Source: the human T2T-CHM13v2.0 reference genome, Homo sapiens
NCBI RefSeq assembly: GCF_009914755.1
Contig: NC_060943.1
Direction: 5' to 3' (one strand)
Length of the DNA stretch: 64,000 nucleotides
Shown here: piece by piece, positions 23,292 through 48,800 of the stretch
Layout: every line of letters begins with the position of its first letter
How positions within the stretch are numbered: the stretch's first letter is position 1
Notes under the pieces: model-generated
Seen by the model: the letters and a program-made list of their open reading frames with translations, nothing else
Database searches by the model: none
Told to the model about the DNA's origin: nothing
Translations under genes and position numbers: made by a program

Positions 23292-24688
23292 TGAACCAAG
23301 AGAGAAAGAAACATGTTTTAATGAATCTTCTCAGGCGGCTGAGGCAGGAAGATGGCTTGAGCCCAGGAGATGGAGGTTGCAGTATGTTATGATTTTGCCA
23401 CTGCCTGGGTGACAGAGTGAGATCCATCTCAAAAAAATAAATTAGAAAAAGATAAACTGCAGAGCATAAATGTTATGGGCTACTTTTGACAGAGGAATCA
23501 AATCTTCCTTGCCAAATTTAGACCCGTGTGGGTCAGCAGAAATTGACTAGAAATAGTGGCCACCGAATGGTAACTCACAAGGGTAGCAGTTAAAGTTGGT
23601 AAAATTTTAAATGCACACAAAACCAATGGACGAATCAACTTTTCCTCGCAAAACCAACAACTAAGTTTCAACAACTGAGAAAAAGTTTCATATTATCAGG
23701 CCAGACACTGTGGCTCACACCTGTAATCCCAGCACTTTGGGAGACTGAGGTTGGGGGACAGCTTCAGTCCAGGAGTTCGAGACCATCCTGGGCAACATAG
23801 CAAGACTCTGTCCTTAAAAAAAGAACTTCAAAAGCAACTGTATTAAAGGGAGTTACAGATGGATATATACAGTAAAATTGTTTAAAAGTAGAACACTATC
23901 TAAATAGTAGAACAGCATTACCCGAAGTTCAGAAATACATTACTAACACTATAATTGTTTTTGGACACACACATATGAAGTAACGTAAAAGGAAGGGTGC
24001 AAATTCACTTTATAATAGCAATTATCTATGAAGACAGTTTCAAAAAGGGCAACAAATATATCTATAAATGTTTTGAGCCAGTTGCTGTGGCTCATGCCTG
24101 TAATCTGAACACTTTGGGAGGCTAAGTCGGGAGAATCACTTGAGCCCAGGAGTTCGAGACCAGCCTGGGCAGCATAGTGAGACTCCGTCTCTACAAAAAA
24201 TAAAAAATTAGCAGGTGTAGTGGCGAGCGCCCGTGGTTCCAGCTACTCAGGAGGCTGATGCGAGAGGATCGCTTGAGCTTGGGAGGTCGAGGCTGCAATC
24301 GCACCACTGCACTCCAGCCTGAGCAGCAGAGCGAGACTCTGTCTCAAAAACAAAACAAAAACTTGATAACATAGTCATAAATTAGCATTTATCGAATGAT
24401 AAATATGTGCCAGACTGTTCTAAGCCCTTTCCCTGCGTGATCTCAGTGAAGTCCCATAATAGCCCCGTGAGGCAGGTACTGTCCTTTATCCCCATTGCAG
24501 GGATGAGGAAATTGAGGCCCTGAGGTCGAAGAGGAGCTGGTAAGCGATGATGCCGAGATAGGCCCCGGATCGCCTGGCTCTAAATCCCCAGCCCGGGCCC
24601 CGACACACAGTCCCAGGGTGGGAGAGGTGGTCTTCGGGGTCCGGGCACCGCGACCGCGGCCCAGGCCCGCCCGGCCAGCTGCGCGTAC

Positions 24689-24761
24689 CGTGTAGAGCGT
24701 CAGGTCGACATGTCGCCACAGCCACCGGTCGTCCACCAGCCTCTTCCAGCGGTGACAGACC
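24689..24761 (-). CDS. FBXL12: FBXL12 coding exon 2 (rest of F-box, RVCHRWKRLVDDRWLWRHVDLTLYT)
   Basis: Acceptor ctcccccag|G and donor ACG|gtacgc. 73 nt. Exons 1+2 give 159 nt, 53 codons. Confidence 0.97.
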
Positions 24762-24871
24762 CTGGGGGAGGGGACGCGCGGTTAGAACGACCCCAGCCCC
24801 GGGCCACATCGCATCTCCAGGTGCCAGCTGCGCCCTCCGCCCTGCCCTTCCCCCCGGAGGCGGGGCCGCAC

Positions 24872-24957
24872 CTGGAGATGCGGATCCGGTCCCGTACCGG
24901 GAGGTAAGAGAAGATCTCGAGCAGGACCGAGTCCGGCAGTTCGACCAAAGTCGCCAT
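24872..24957 (-). CDS. FBXL12: FBXL12 coding exon 1 (F-box N-terminal part, MATLVELPDSVLLEIFSYLPVRDRIRIS)
   Basis: ATG at 24957 and classical F-box motif LPDSVLLEIFSYL. Donor CAG|GTGCGG at 24871. 86 nt, phase 2. Confidence 0.97.
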
Positions 24958-25199
24958 GATCCCGCCGACACGCACTTCCGCTTCCGGTTAAAGAGACCCG
25001 AGGGGTCCTGGGGGCGCCGAGGCGGCTGACAGGGCGGCGGCCGCGACCTTCCCGTAGCCGGTCGAGAAATTTGACCTTCCTCTCGCTGGGAAGTGATTCG
25101 GTCCCAGGGCCGGACCAGCCGCGGATGGGGACCAGAAACCAGCCTGGAAAGCGTGGCTGAGGCAGTGAGAGGCTTGCGGGAGGTGGCTGAGGCGTGATT

Positions 25200-25940
25200 T
25201 GGCCGCGACTGGGAACTAAGACCAAGTCCAGAAGGCGGGGCTGGAGTGAGGCGAAGCTCGGAGGCGGGGCTAGAGACGAGGACCAAGTCCGGAAGGCGTG
25301 GCCGGGGTGGGGTGAGGATCGGAGGCGGGGCTAGAGACCAGGACCAAGTCCGGAAGGCGTGGCTGGGGTGGGGCGAGGATCGGAGGCGGGGCTAGAGACG
25401 GGGACCAAGTCCGGAAGGCGTGGCTGGGGAGGGGCGAGACCCGGGGACGGGGCTAGAGGCGAGGCCCAAGCCCGGAAGGCGTCGCTGGAGTTGGGCGAGG
25501 CTCAGGGGCGGAGCCAGAGAACGGAACCAAGTCCAGAAGGCGGGGCTGGGGCGCGGCTAGGGGGCGGGGCTAGAGACGAGGACCAAGTCCAGAAGGCGTG
25601 GCTGGGGTGGGGCGAGGATCAAGCCCGGAAGGCGCGGCTGGAGCGGGGCGAGGCCTAGGTGGGGCTGCAGACGAGAACCACGCCTTGGAGGCGTGGCTAG
25701 GGCGGGTAGAGGCTCGGACAACCGCTGGAAGGCGGGGCTGGGGCGGGGCGAGACCTTGGGGGCGGGGTTGACGACGAGGACCTAGCCGAGAGGTCGTGGT
25801 CTGGACGGAAACCAGGCTGCAGCAGGACCAGGCGCCAAGGGCGTGGCTGGGGAGCGATGGAGACGCTCGGAAGGTGGGGAGCGGGGGACGGAGACAGGGA
25901 GAAGACTACGCCATGAAGGCGTGGTTGAGGCGGGGCGAGG
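25200..25940. repeat. GC-rich minisatellite with ~61-bp unit (two ~30-bp halves)
   Basis: Unit ggaggcggggctagagacgaggaccaagtccggaaggcgtggctggggtggggcgaggatc starts at 25260, 25321 and 25382, with more degenerate copies on both sides. Confidence 0.9.
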
Positions 25941-26141
25941 CCTGTGGGTCTGGCCCCGAGCGAATGGCTTGGTAGAGAGTCAGAGAACTCTATTTTTTTA
26001 CTTAATGATGCTTCTTGATGTCTATGCACAAGGATAAATTTGTATTACTGGAATATCGTGGCCAAAGGACCTGTTGAATTTTTCACTTTCATTGATACTA
26101 CAGATATTTTCTGAATTGGCAAGTCCACCAAGAAACTATAA

Positions 26142-26672
<531 letters not shown>

Positions 26673-26742
<70 letters not shown>
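26673..26742. repeat. Compound microsatellite (TG)n(TA)n(CA)n
   Basis: Read directly from sequence. Confidence 0.95.
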
Positions 26743-26743
<1 letters not shown>

Positions 26744-26754
26744 GCACGCCTCCT

Positions 26755-33500
<6,746 letters not shown>

Positions 33501-33759
33501 GCAGCTGTTGGGCAGCGTAGAGTCTACTCTAGGATCAAGCTTCGCCTACTGACTGGAGTCCGTATCCCGGGGGAACGCGATGGCCAGAGGGAAGAGGTGA
33601 GCCAAATGCTCACCAAGCCCAGCCCTGAATGAACCCAGGGGGTCAGAAGGGATGACTGCAGAACTCGTCCCCCACCCCCACCCTCCGCCCTTGCTCCTAG
33701 TTGCCGCTGCAAGAGGCTTCGGGCTCAGGATCAGGAGCTTACCCCTACTCCCGGGACCC

Positions 33760-34420
33760 TCTGGCGTCCCCACCATGTGACCGAGTCTCCCTGCAACAAA
33801 CAATGACTTCAAACGAGCTGGGCGCCGGCGCCTGACCTCTGACTCTCGCTCCACGCCCCTTCCCTGGCCACAAACCCGCCGAGGCCCCCCTCTCTACCCG
33901 GCGCGCCTACCACAGGCGCGACACCTGTCAAGCCTTGGGACACCGAAACCGTACCTGGGAACAGCAAACACACCACAGACTGCAGACCCGGAAGAACTTG
34001 TCCCAGTGTTGACCACACCCCCTGGCTAGGGGCAGGGCTTCCGGCCTCGAACTTTAACTTCCGCTTCCGGTTCCTAGCGTTAACTGCGACCGGGGTTCAG
34101 CGCTCGGGTGAGGAGCTGGTGGCGTCGGCAGGTTCGAGGCGATTCGAGGTGAGGGGGTCAAGCGGAGAGGCTCGGAGTCGGAGAAAGCTGTCGCGACCCA
34201 GCCACCCAGGGTCTGGGGTCGGTGGGAGGTGAGGCCAGGGAGTTTTGTGGCAGGGCTTTCAGGCGGCGAGAAGGGGCGGAGGCGCGGCTCCCCGGGGTTC
34301 GCGGCCCTGGGACAGGGGACTTGGGGCCTGGGAGTATTCGAGTCCGGGGGGTTGGGGGCAGAACGGAAGGCTCAGTAACCTGGAATTTTAGGGCCTGGGA
34401 CTGGGAGACTTGTAGGCTGG
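33760..34420 (+). promoter_or_regulatory. UBL5: CpG island and promoter of UBL5, with non-coding exon 1 (~34060-34148)
   Basis: CpG-rich. ETS sites including ACTTCCGCTTCCGG at 34057-34070. Donors G|GTGAGG at 34108 and 34149. Confidence 0.85.
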
Positions 34421-34501
34421 GGCTTCTGGGCCTGGGAGACGCCTGAAGCTCTGACTTTGCTGCCTCCCACCCACCCCCCGCTTTGTGTAGCTCCAGCTAG
34501 G

Positions 34502-34557
34502 ATGATCGAGGTTGTTTGCAACGACCGTCTGGGGAAGAAGGTCCGCGTTAAATGCAA
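34502..34557 (+). CDS. UBL5: UBL5 first coding exon (MIEVVCNDRLGKKVRVKC)
   Basis: ATG at 34502 and Hub1/UBL5 N-terminus. Donor AA|GTATCCAC (U12-like). Confidence 0.97.
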
Positions 34558-34755
34558 GTATCCACTGGCAGCCGAGAGGCAGTGGTACCCGCAGGGGTGC
34601 TTGGCGTGAGGCAGGCAACTCAATCTGTGTTGTCGGATGGTTTTAGTTAAACCCGGGAGAGGGGGCGGATGGGGTCCTGGCAGATGGTATTCTGCCCTAG
34701 AATGTCCTCTTCCTCGTTCTACCGCTTCCATTTGCCTTAACTGCTCTGCGCCCAG
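34558..34755 (+). other. UBL5: U12-type (minor spliceosome) GT-AG intron of UBL5
   Basis: 5'ss GTATCCAC and branch point TGCCTTAAC at 34733-34741, 14 nt before the 3' end. Confidence 0.8.
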
Positions 34756-34839
34756 CACGGATGATACCATCGGGGACCTTAAGAAGCTGATTGCAGCCCA
34801 AACTGGTACCCGTTGGAACAAGATTGTCCTGAAGAAGTG
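34756..34839 (+). CDS. UBL5: UBL5 coding exon ([29 protein letters not shown])
   Basis: Acceptor cccag|C and donor TG|gtgagt. 84 nt, frame consistent. Confidence 0.97.
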
Positions 34840-35000
34840 GTGAGTGCAGCGGTAGAGCCACTGGGTGGACTGGACTAGGCCGGAAGGTTTTGGTTGGGGG
34901 AGCGCTGCAGGCAGCCCTTTGCTTAGGCTTGGCTACCTCATTTGGCCTACAGACTGAAGAGCCTCCTTAGCCTTATCTCTGAAATGTCTCTTTTTCTTAG

Positions 35001-35038
35001 GTACACGATTTTTAAGGACCACGTGTCTCTGGGGGACT
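35001..35038 (+). CDS. UBL5: UBL5 coding exon (YTIFKDHVSLGD)
   Basis: Acceptor tttcttag|G and donor T|GTATCCTTT. 38 nt. Confidence 0.97.
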
Positions 35039-36128
<1,090 letters not shown>

Positions 36129-36172
36129 ATGAAATCCACGATGGGATGAACCTGGAGCTTTATTATCAATAG
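36129..36172 (+). CDS. UBL5: UBL5 last coding exon (YEIHDGMNLELYYQ*)
   Basis: Acceptor ttcag|AT. C-terminal di-tyrosine typical of Hub1/UBL5. Total 222 nt, 73 aa. Confidence 0.97.
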
Positions 36173-36260
36173 ATGAGAATCCTCATCTTCCTGCCCCGCT
36201 TTCCTCTCCCATCCTCATCCCCCACACTGGGATAGATGCTTGTTTGTAAAAACTCACCTT

Positions 36261-36266
36261 AATAAA
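36261..36266 (+). terminator. UBL5: UBL5 polyadenylation signal AATAAA
   Basis: 89 nt after the stop codon, followed by a GU-rich tract (ttgttgttgtct). Confidence 0.9.
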
Positions 36267-36769
36267 GACTTAGATGTTGCTTTGTTGTTGTCTCTGTATG
36301 ACAGCTGTCTAGTGATGGGTGGATCAGTCGCTGTTTGGTCATCACTGCACCATCAGCATGCAGCTGCTAAAATAAGAGCTCTGATCAACTGGATCCATGA
36401 GGGCAGAGTAGACCAGCAGGCTGGGAGTCTGTGTGGGAGCCCAGAGAGAGCTCTGGGGTTTGCTGTGGGTGTCTGAAGGTCAAGAGACTCTGGGATTATT
36501 GTCACCCTAATAAACCAAAGAACCTCCGGCTAATGACAGTAGATGTAATTGTTAGGAATTCAGATTCTGAAATCACACAGACCATGTGTGGAATGTCAGC
36601 TCTGCCACCAAGCAGCTGAGTGACACTAGGCAAAATTTTTTAACCTCTGTAAGCCTTTACTTCCTTATCCACTGGAAATAATTGCGTTTACTTCATGTCT
36701 GCTTTCAATCGGCATATTGTGAGGAGGTATAAATGAGTTTAAAGCATGTTTAAACATCCACAGTTCCTG

Positions 36770-40352
<3,583 letters not shown>

Positions 40353-40959
40353 TAATCAGTTCAAGGTCGCATAGCAAGTGTCAGTCCCAGGCTTTAAACC
40401 CAAGTCTGGCTCCAGACTTCTCTTAGCCTTCTACTGCATCCTGCGTCTAATTTGTTGTGGGCAGGTTTCCCTATGAGTTCACTTCACTGAGCCTCATTCT
40501 TTTTAACGGTCACATAGGGTTCTATGCTAGGTGAACTGTAGTTGCACCCTTTGCTGTCAGTGTCTTCAACTCCCATATCTACCCACAGTTCCCCAACTCT
40601 GGGTCCCCAAATACCTCCCCTGTGTCCCACGGGCTCTGCAGACTCTATTTTAAGTTGGCTAAAACTGAGCCCATCTCCTCCCACCTGCACCTCCTCCGTG
40701 TTCTTATATGAATGTCAATGTCGGCACCCACTGGTCACCCAGGATGGAGGAAGGAGCCAGACTGCGAGGGAATAAAGGAAGTAAGCAGGTTCCAAAGGAC
40801 GTGGAAGGCCTTTGGGTCCAGAGCCTAGGGAAAAGTTGAGCCCTGCAAAAAATAAAAGAGGCTGGGTTAGCTTTGGACATCTGTGGGAAACAGGTGGGAA
40901 GAGGGAGGATGGAGGAGCCAAATTTAAGCATCGGGTACTTAGGTGCTCATCTCCAAGGC

Positions 40960-41900
<941 letters not shown>

Positions 41901-43258
41901 GGGCACCCCTGGGAGGGAGACACCCCAGTACCCTGCAAAGGGCGTAGGGTGTTGCCCGGCCTCGGGTCCACAACCTACCCCTGCTAACACCCCTACTGTG
42001 TACACCTAATGCTGAGTCTGCGACATCGCCCGTGACATTCTGCCAGACGATGGCCCCTGTGCTTAGGCCCGATTTAAGGGTTAGCCACAATGATAATATT
42101 GCCAGTAACAGGGCATGTTTTTCTCTGTGTCAAGCGCTTTAAGTTCTCTCTGAATTGCCGCAACTCTGGGAGCCAGGTAGTTATTACTTCCACCTTACCA
42201 GCAAGGAAACTGAGGTCAGAAAACTGAAGGAACTCGTCCAAGATCATTCATTTCAGGGGCCGGGGGTTGGATTAGGACCTAGGCAGTTTGCCTACAAATC
42301 CCCCTCCCCGTGTCACTGCAAACTCCTGAGGAGCAGGCCCAGCATCTGTGGGCAGGTCCCGAGTCACTCTGCTGCCTCTAGAGCCCATAGCAATCGCATT
42401 TGCAATAATAATTCTCCTTGGTTGAGTGCCAGGTTCTGGTGAACTGTTTGGATACATGGACTCTCCTCATTAACCCCATGAGGTTTGATCTCCTTATTCT
42501 CTATTCCCCATTTTTCAGATGAGAAAACTGAGGTGCAGGGAGATTAGAGCCCATTGCCAAGGTTTTAGAGTGAGTCAGTAGCTCAGCTGCATTTGCACCT
42601 GGAACCCGCGCTCTCGCCCACCCTGCTCTAGCCCTGGCCTGTGGCTGGGACCTCCAGCATAAACCGGATGCTCTGCCCAGCTCTGGGCCCATTTCTGCTG
42701 TTTCTGCTCAGTTCAACCCTGATGGCTTCCTTTATGGGTGACACTCCATGTCACCCAGGCGAACTGTCAGCCTTTGGAGTGGCACCCAGTAGGGTCTTTA
42801 CTTCCAGTTTCTTGTTCACAGTCTTCACTCCTTCATACCCCTCACTCCCTGGGTAACATCGGGCCACCAGTAATGCTGGTTCCTAGCTCTGCAACACCAT
42901 GCACGGTGTAGTAGCTAAGAGCAGAGCTTTCGGGTGTGAAGTACCTGAGTACAGTTCCTGCCTTCCCCTGTGTGTGCCTGGAACAGAGTAAACACTCAGG
43001 AAGCGTTACCCACTGCTGCCATTCCCAGAGATGCAAAAGGTGAGGTCTCCGTTTTGCCATCTATACAATAGAGATAATAAAGGCTATCCCACTCTTAATG
43101 TGTGCCAGTTTCTGTCCTAGGCATTTTGTAGATGTGTGAGCTTATTTAGTGCTTTCTTATTATTATTTTTGGAGATGGTCTCACTGTGTGGCTCAGGCTG
43201 CAGTGCAGCCTCTGCCTCCCAGGCTTAAGCAATCCTCCCACCTCAGCCTTTCAAGTAG

Positions 43259-44016
<758 letters not shown>

Positions 44017-44571
44017 TGAACTCCTGACCTCAGGTGATCCACCCCACCTTGGCCTCCCAAAGTGCTGGGATTACAGGTGAGAGCCACCGTGCTTAGCCCT
44101 TTTAAAAATGTTTAAAAATTATTATTTAGTCCTTTCAATGACCCTAAGGTAGGAACTGTTATCTCCATTTTGCAGGTGAGAACACCAAGGCCCAGGGAAG
44201 ATATATCACATTTGAACCCAGATTCAGATTTGAATCCAGGTGGCCTGGCTGCTGAGTGCATGGTTTGAGTCACTCCCTGTCCCCCAGCTTCCTCTGTTCC
44301 ATCACTCTGGGTTATTTTCCTCCTTGAAGTTATCAGGGATTGATACTATCCTGTGTTTCATTTGCTTGTTTAGCACCTGTCTGCTCTCACCTAGAATGTT
44401 AGCTCTCTAAGGGCAGGGACTGTATCCTGCCACATTGGCCCACGTCTGGAGAGCCTGTGGCACATGGTGGATACACCATGGATTTGTTGAATGAAGGCGC
44501 CCCCTGCAAGCCAGGCCCTCACCCTGGCTTCTGGCTGTGGGCCCAGGGGTGTCCTGGGAGCACAACCCTAG

Positions 44572-44868
<297 letters not shown>

Positions 44869-45254
44869 TAGAAGTCACATCAGACCCTTCACCCCAGCTT
44901 GCTCAGCTGCCAGGCGTGGTGTTGGCCAACACAAAAACGCCAGTGCATGACCTGACCCTGACCTTCACAGCAGCCATTCTCTTTCTTTTCCATCTGGCAT
45001 TTGAGGGTGAGCCAGGTAGGGGCAGAGGACCCAGCCTGGGGGCTGGCAGACATGGGTTCAGGTAGTAGCTGTGCCTCTGTGAACTCTGTGACCTTTGGGA
45101 GGGGACTCGTGTCACCTCCCCTAGACTCAGCTTTCTCTGTAAAATGGGCATCCTCTAAGGACCATTGTGAAGGTTCAAGGGAATAAGGCAATGGATTTTG
45201 CACAGTAGGCCCTCAGTCTGTGGGAAGTGTTGTCAATAGTAATATCATCCACTA

Positions 45255-45895
<641 letters not shown>

Positions 45896-48800
45896 TCTAA
45901 AGCTGTCCAGTTTGGCTGCCACTCCCACCCTGTGCGGGAGGATCACTTGAGCCCAGGAGTTTGAGACCAGCTTGGGCAACATAGCAAAACCCCGTCTCTA
46001 AAAAAATAAAAAAATTAGCTGGACATGGTGGTGCACGCCTGTAGTGTCAGCTACTTAGAAGACTGAGGTGGGAGGATCCTTTGAGCCCAGGAGGCAGAGG
46101 TTGTAATGAGCCGAGATCACACTACCGCACTCCAGCCTGGGTGACAGAGCAAGACCCTGTCTCAAAAATAAATAAGATAATATCAAAAATTGGTTTCTCA
46201 ATTGCACTGGTCATACTTTAGCTGGTGGCTGCCATCTTTGACAGCGGGAATATAAAACATTTACATTCTTGGCCGGGCGCGGTGGCTCACGTCTGTAATT
46301 CCAGCACTTTGGGAGGCCAAGGTGGGTGGATCACGAAGTCAGGAGATCGAGACCATCCTGGCTAACACGGTGAAACCCTGTCTTTACTGAAAATCCAAAA
46401 AAATTAGTCTGGCATGGTGGCGGGCACCTGTAGTCCCAGCTACTCGGGAGATAGGCAGGAGAATGGCATGAACCCGGGAGGTGGAGCTTGCAGTGAGCTG
46501 AGATCGTGCCACTGCACTCCAGCCTCGGCAACAGAGCGAGACTCCGTCTCAAAAAAACAAAAACAAAAACAAAAAAAAACACTTTTCCATTCTTGCAGTA
46601 AGTTGTGTCTGATGCCTTTCTCAGAGTCCCCAAACCTGGGCTGTCCCTACTCCAAACGACCCATCTCTCAACCATGCCCAGACAGCCTGGGTTGCTATGC
46701 AGCTCTGCCACGTCCTGGCTATGTGCTCTTGAGCAAGTTACTTAACATCTCTGGGCTTCAATCTTTTTCTCCTTCTTCTTTTGAGACAGGGTCTTGCTCT
46801 GTCACCCAGGCTGGAGTGCAGTGTTCATAGCTCACTGCAGCCTCAACCTCCTTGGGATCAGGTGATCCTCCCACCTCAGCCTCCCAAGTAGCTGGGACTG
46901 CAGGCTCATAACACCACACCTGGCTGATTTTTGTATTTTTAGTAGAGACAGGACTTCACCATGTTGCCTAGGATGGTCTCAAACTCCTGGCCTCAAGTGA
47001 TCCTTCCACCTCAGCCTCCCGAAGTGTTGGGATGACAAGCATGAACCACCGCCCCCAGCTGTCAGTCTTTTTCATTTATAAAATTAGTATTAGAATAATA
47101 AGACCCACTTCACAGGGTAGTTGTGAGGACTCCTGGCTAATACAGTAAAGCGGGAGTAACAGCTCCTGGCATCGGTAAATGTTCTGTCATTGTTAGTGGT
47201 CACTGTCATTGCTGTTGTTGGTTGTGGTAGCACAGGGCCCAGCACAGAGTGTACACTCGGTCAGTATTGGCTGTTGTTTTACTCTCTCATCACTTGGTCC
47301 AGTTGGCCTGTAGGATGTTATTACATATGCACACCCCCAACATGGCATCTAGGACAGTAAGTGCCACCCGTTAGTCTTATATGTAAGCATGGCAGAGAGA
47401 AGCTGAGTTCTTGCACAGAATCTTGAAGGCTGATTGAAGAGCCAGCCTCCTGACCTCTGAGGGCAGGGACTGGATCTCTCTCTTTCCCCTGTATTCCCAT
47501 CCTGCCACACAAAGCCTGGCCCAGAGTCAGCCCTCACAGCCTTGTTTCATGAGCCAGTAGGAAGCAAGAAGGATTCCTGGCACAGGACGGGGCAGAAGTA
47601 AAGGCCTAGGACTAGGATGTAGCCAGAACTCTGGGGAAGGCTTTGCAGGGAGCTAGGGGGTGATGAGACCCTTCACGGGCAGGTCCCAGCCAGGTTGAGG
47701 AGGGTCCTTGTCAGGTGAGGAGGTTTGGTTCTTTCCTGGAGGCAGCAGGACATATGTGGCCATGTGGGACCAGGAGAGGAACCCACAGTGCTCTGCTTTC
47801 AGCAGAGATCTGTGAAGCTAGAATGTCAAGGGCCAGGGAAGTGGAAGGCCCAGAACCTTCAGGGGTTCTGGTTGCCCCAGAGCAAGAAGAAGAAGTGGAG
47901 GGAGAAGCCAGGAGAGAATTGCAAGATGACCCTTCAGGTCCTCCCAGCTCTAGTGGTCTCTGTTCTGAGGCTTCCGGACCCTATAAGAGTGAGCAGGAGG
48001 GTGCAGGCATTTGGGGATGGAGCGGCATGAAGTGGGCTCCTGGGGGTCAGCAGAGCAGCCAGGCGCAGGACAGAGCTGCTCCAAGCAATCCTGATGAGAG
48101 CTGGCAGAAGGCTGAGGTCGGTGGGGATAGTGAGGAGGGCATGGGTCTGGGTGTGGTGGGCGAGGGTGTCTCGCCCATCTCTGGGTTGGACAGGTGCACC
48201 TGGTAAGTAGCCAGGCCCTGAGGCGTCACCGTAGGTACCTGCAGATTCTGGAATGTCAGCAGGAGCCTTGCCTGCCCACCTGGTGGAAGCTGTGGGAGGA
48301 ATTGGAGCAAGAGGCGGTGTGACTTGAACTTGGGGGCTGGAAGTGGAAGAAGAAGTGAGAGGGAGCAGACCCGAGAGAGATTCAGGAGGCAGGATAGAGA
48401 GGACTGGGTGATGGATTAGGTGGGCAAGGGTGGGATGTCTGGGGGAGGGTCAGGGCAGAACAGCGTGGCCCACCCTGGGCTCGTACAGGGCTGGATTTCA
48501 GTGCCAGCTGTGTGGTCTTCATTTCCTGAGCCTCAGTTGCCTCATCTGTAGAATGGGGAGAGGGTGGCTATGAGGATCCAGGAGCTATGGGCTCAGTGGC
48601 TGGCGTGCTCTGCACGGTGGAGCCTCAGCCCCAGTCATTGGGGTGTGGACGATGGGGGAGCTGAGGTCAAGTCAAGGCCTCTGCTCACGGGCAGCCCCTG
48701 CTGCCACCCCACAGCCCGTAGAAAGAGTTCCGGATAGGACCACAGGAGGCCTGGTGGGCTCAGCACACAGATGATGACCTTGGCACACGACCTCCCTCTC

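Larger units (their letters stand above)
24560..25960 (-). promoter_or_regulatory. FBXL12: CpG island and promoter of FBXL12
   Basis: CpG-rich. Tandem ETS site ACTTCCGCTTCCGG at 24974-24987 and many GC boxes. Confidence 0.85.

Noticed and set aside
24486-25286. 266-aa and other long ORFs across the FBXL12 CpG island
   Set aside because: Stop-poor GC-rich sequence with low-complexity P/R/G/A translation.
25200-25940. Regular repeats resembling a CRISPR array
   Set aside because: There are no unique spacers and no cas genes. Whole units repeat, so this is a eukaryotic minisatellite.
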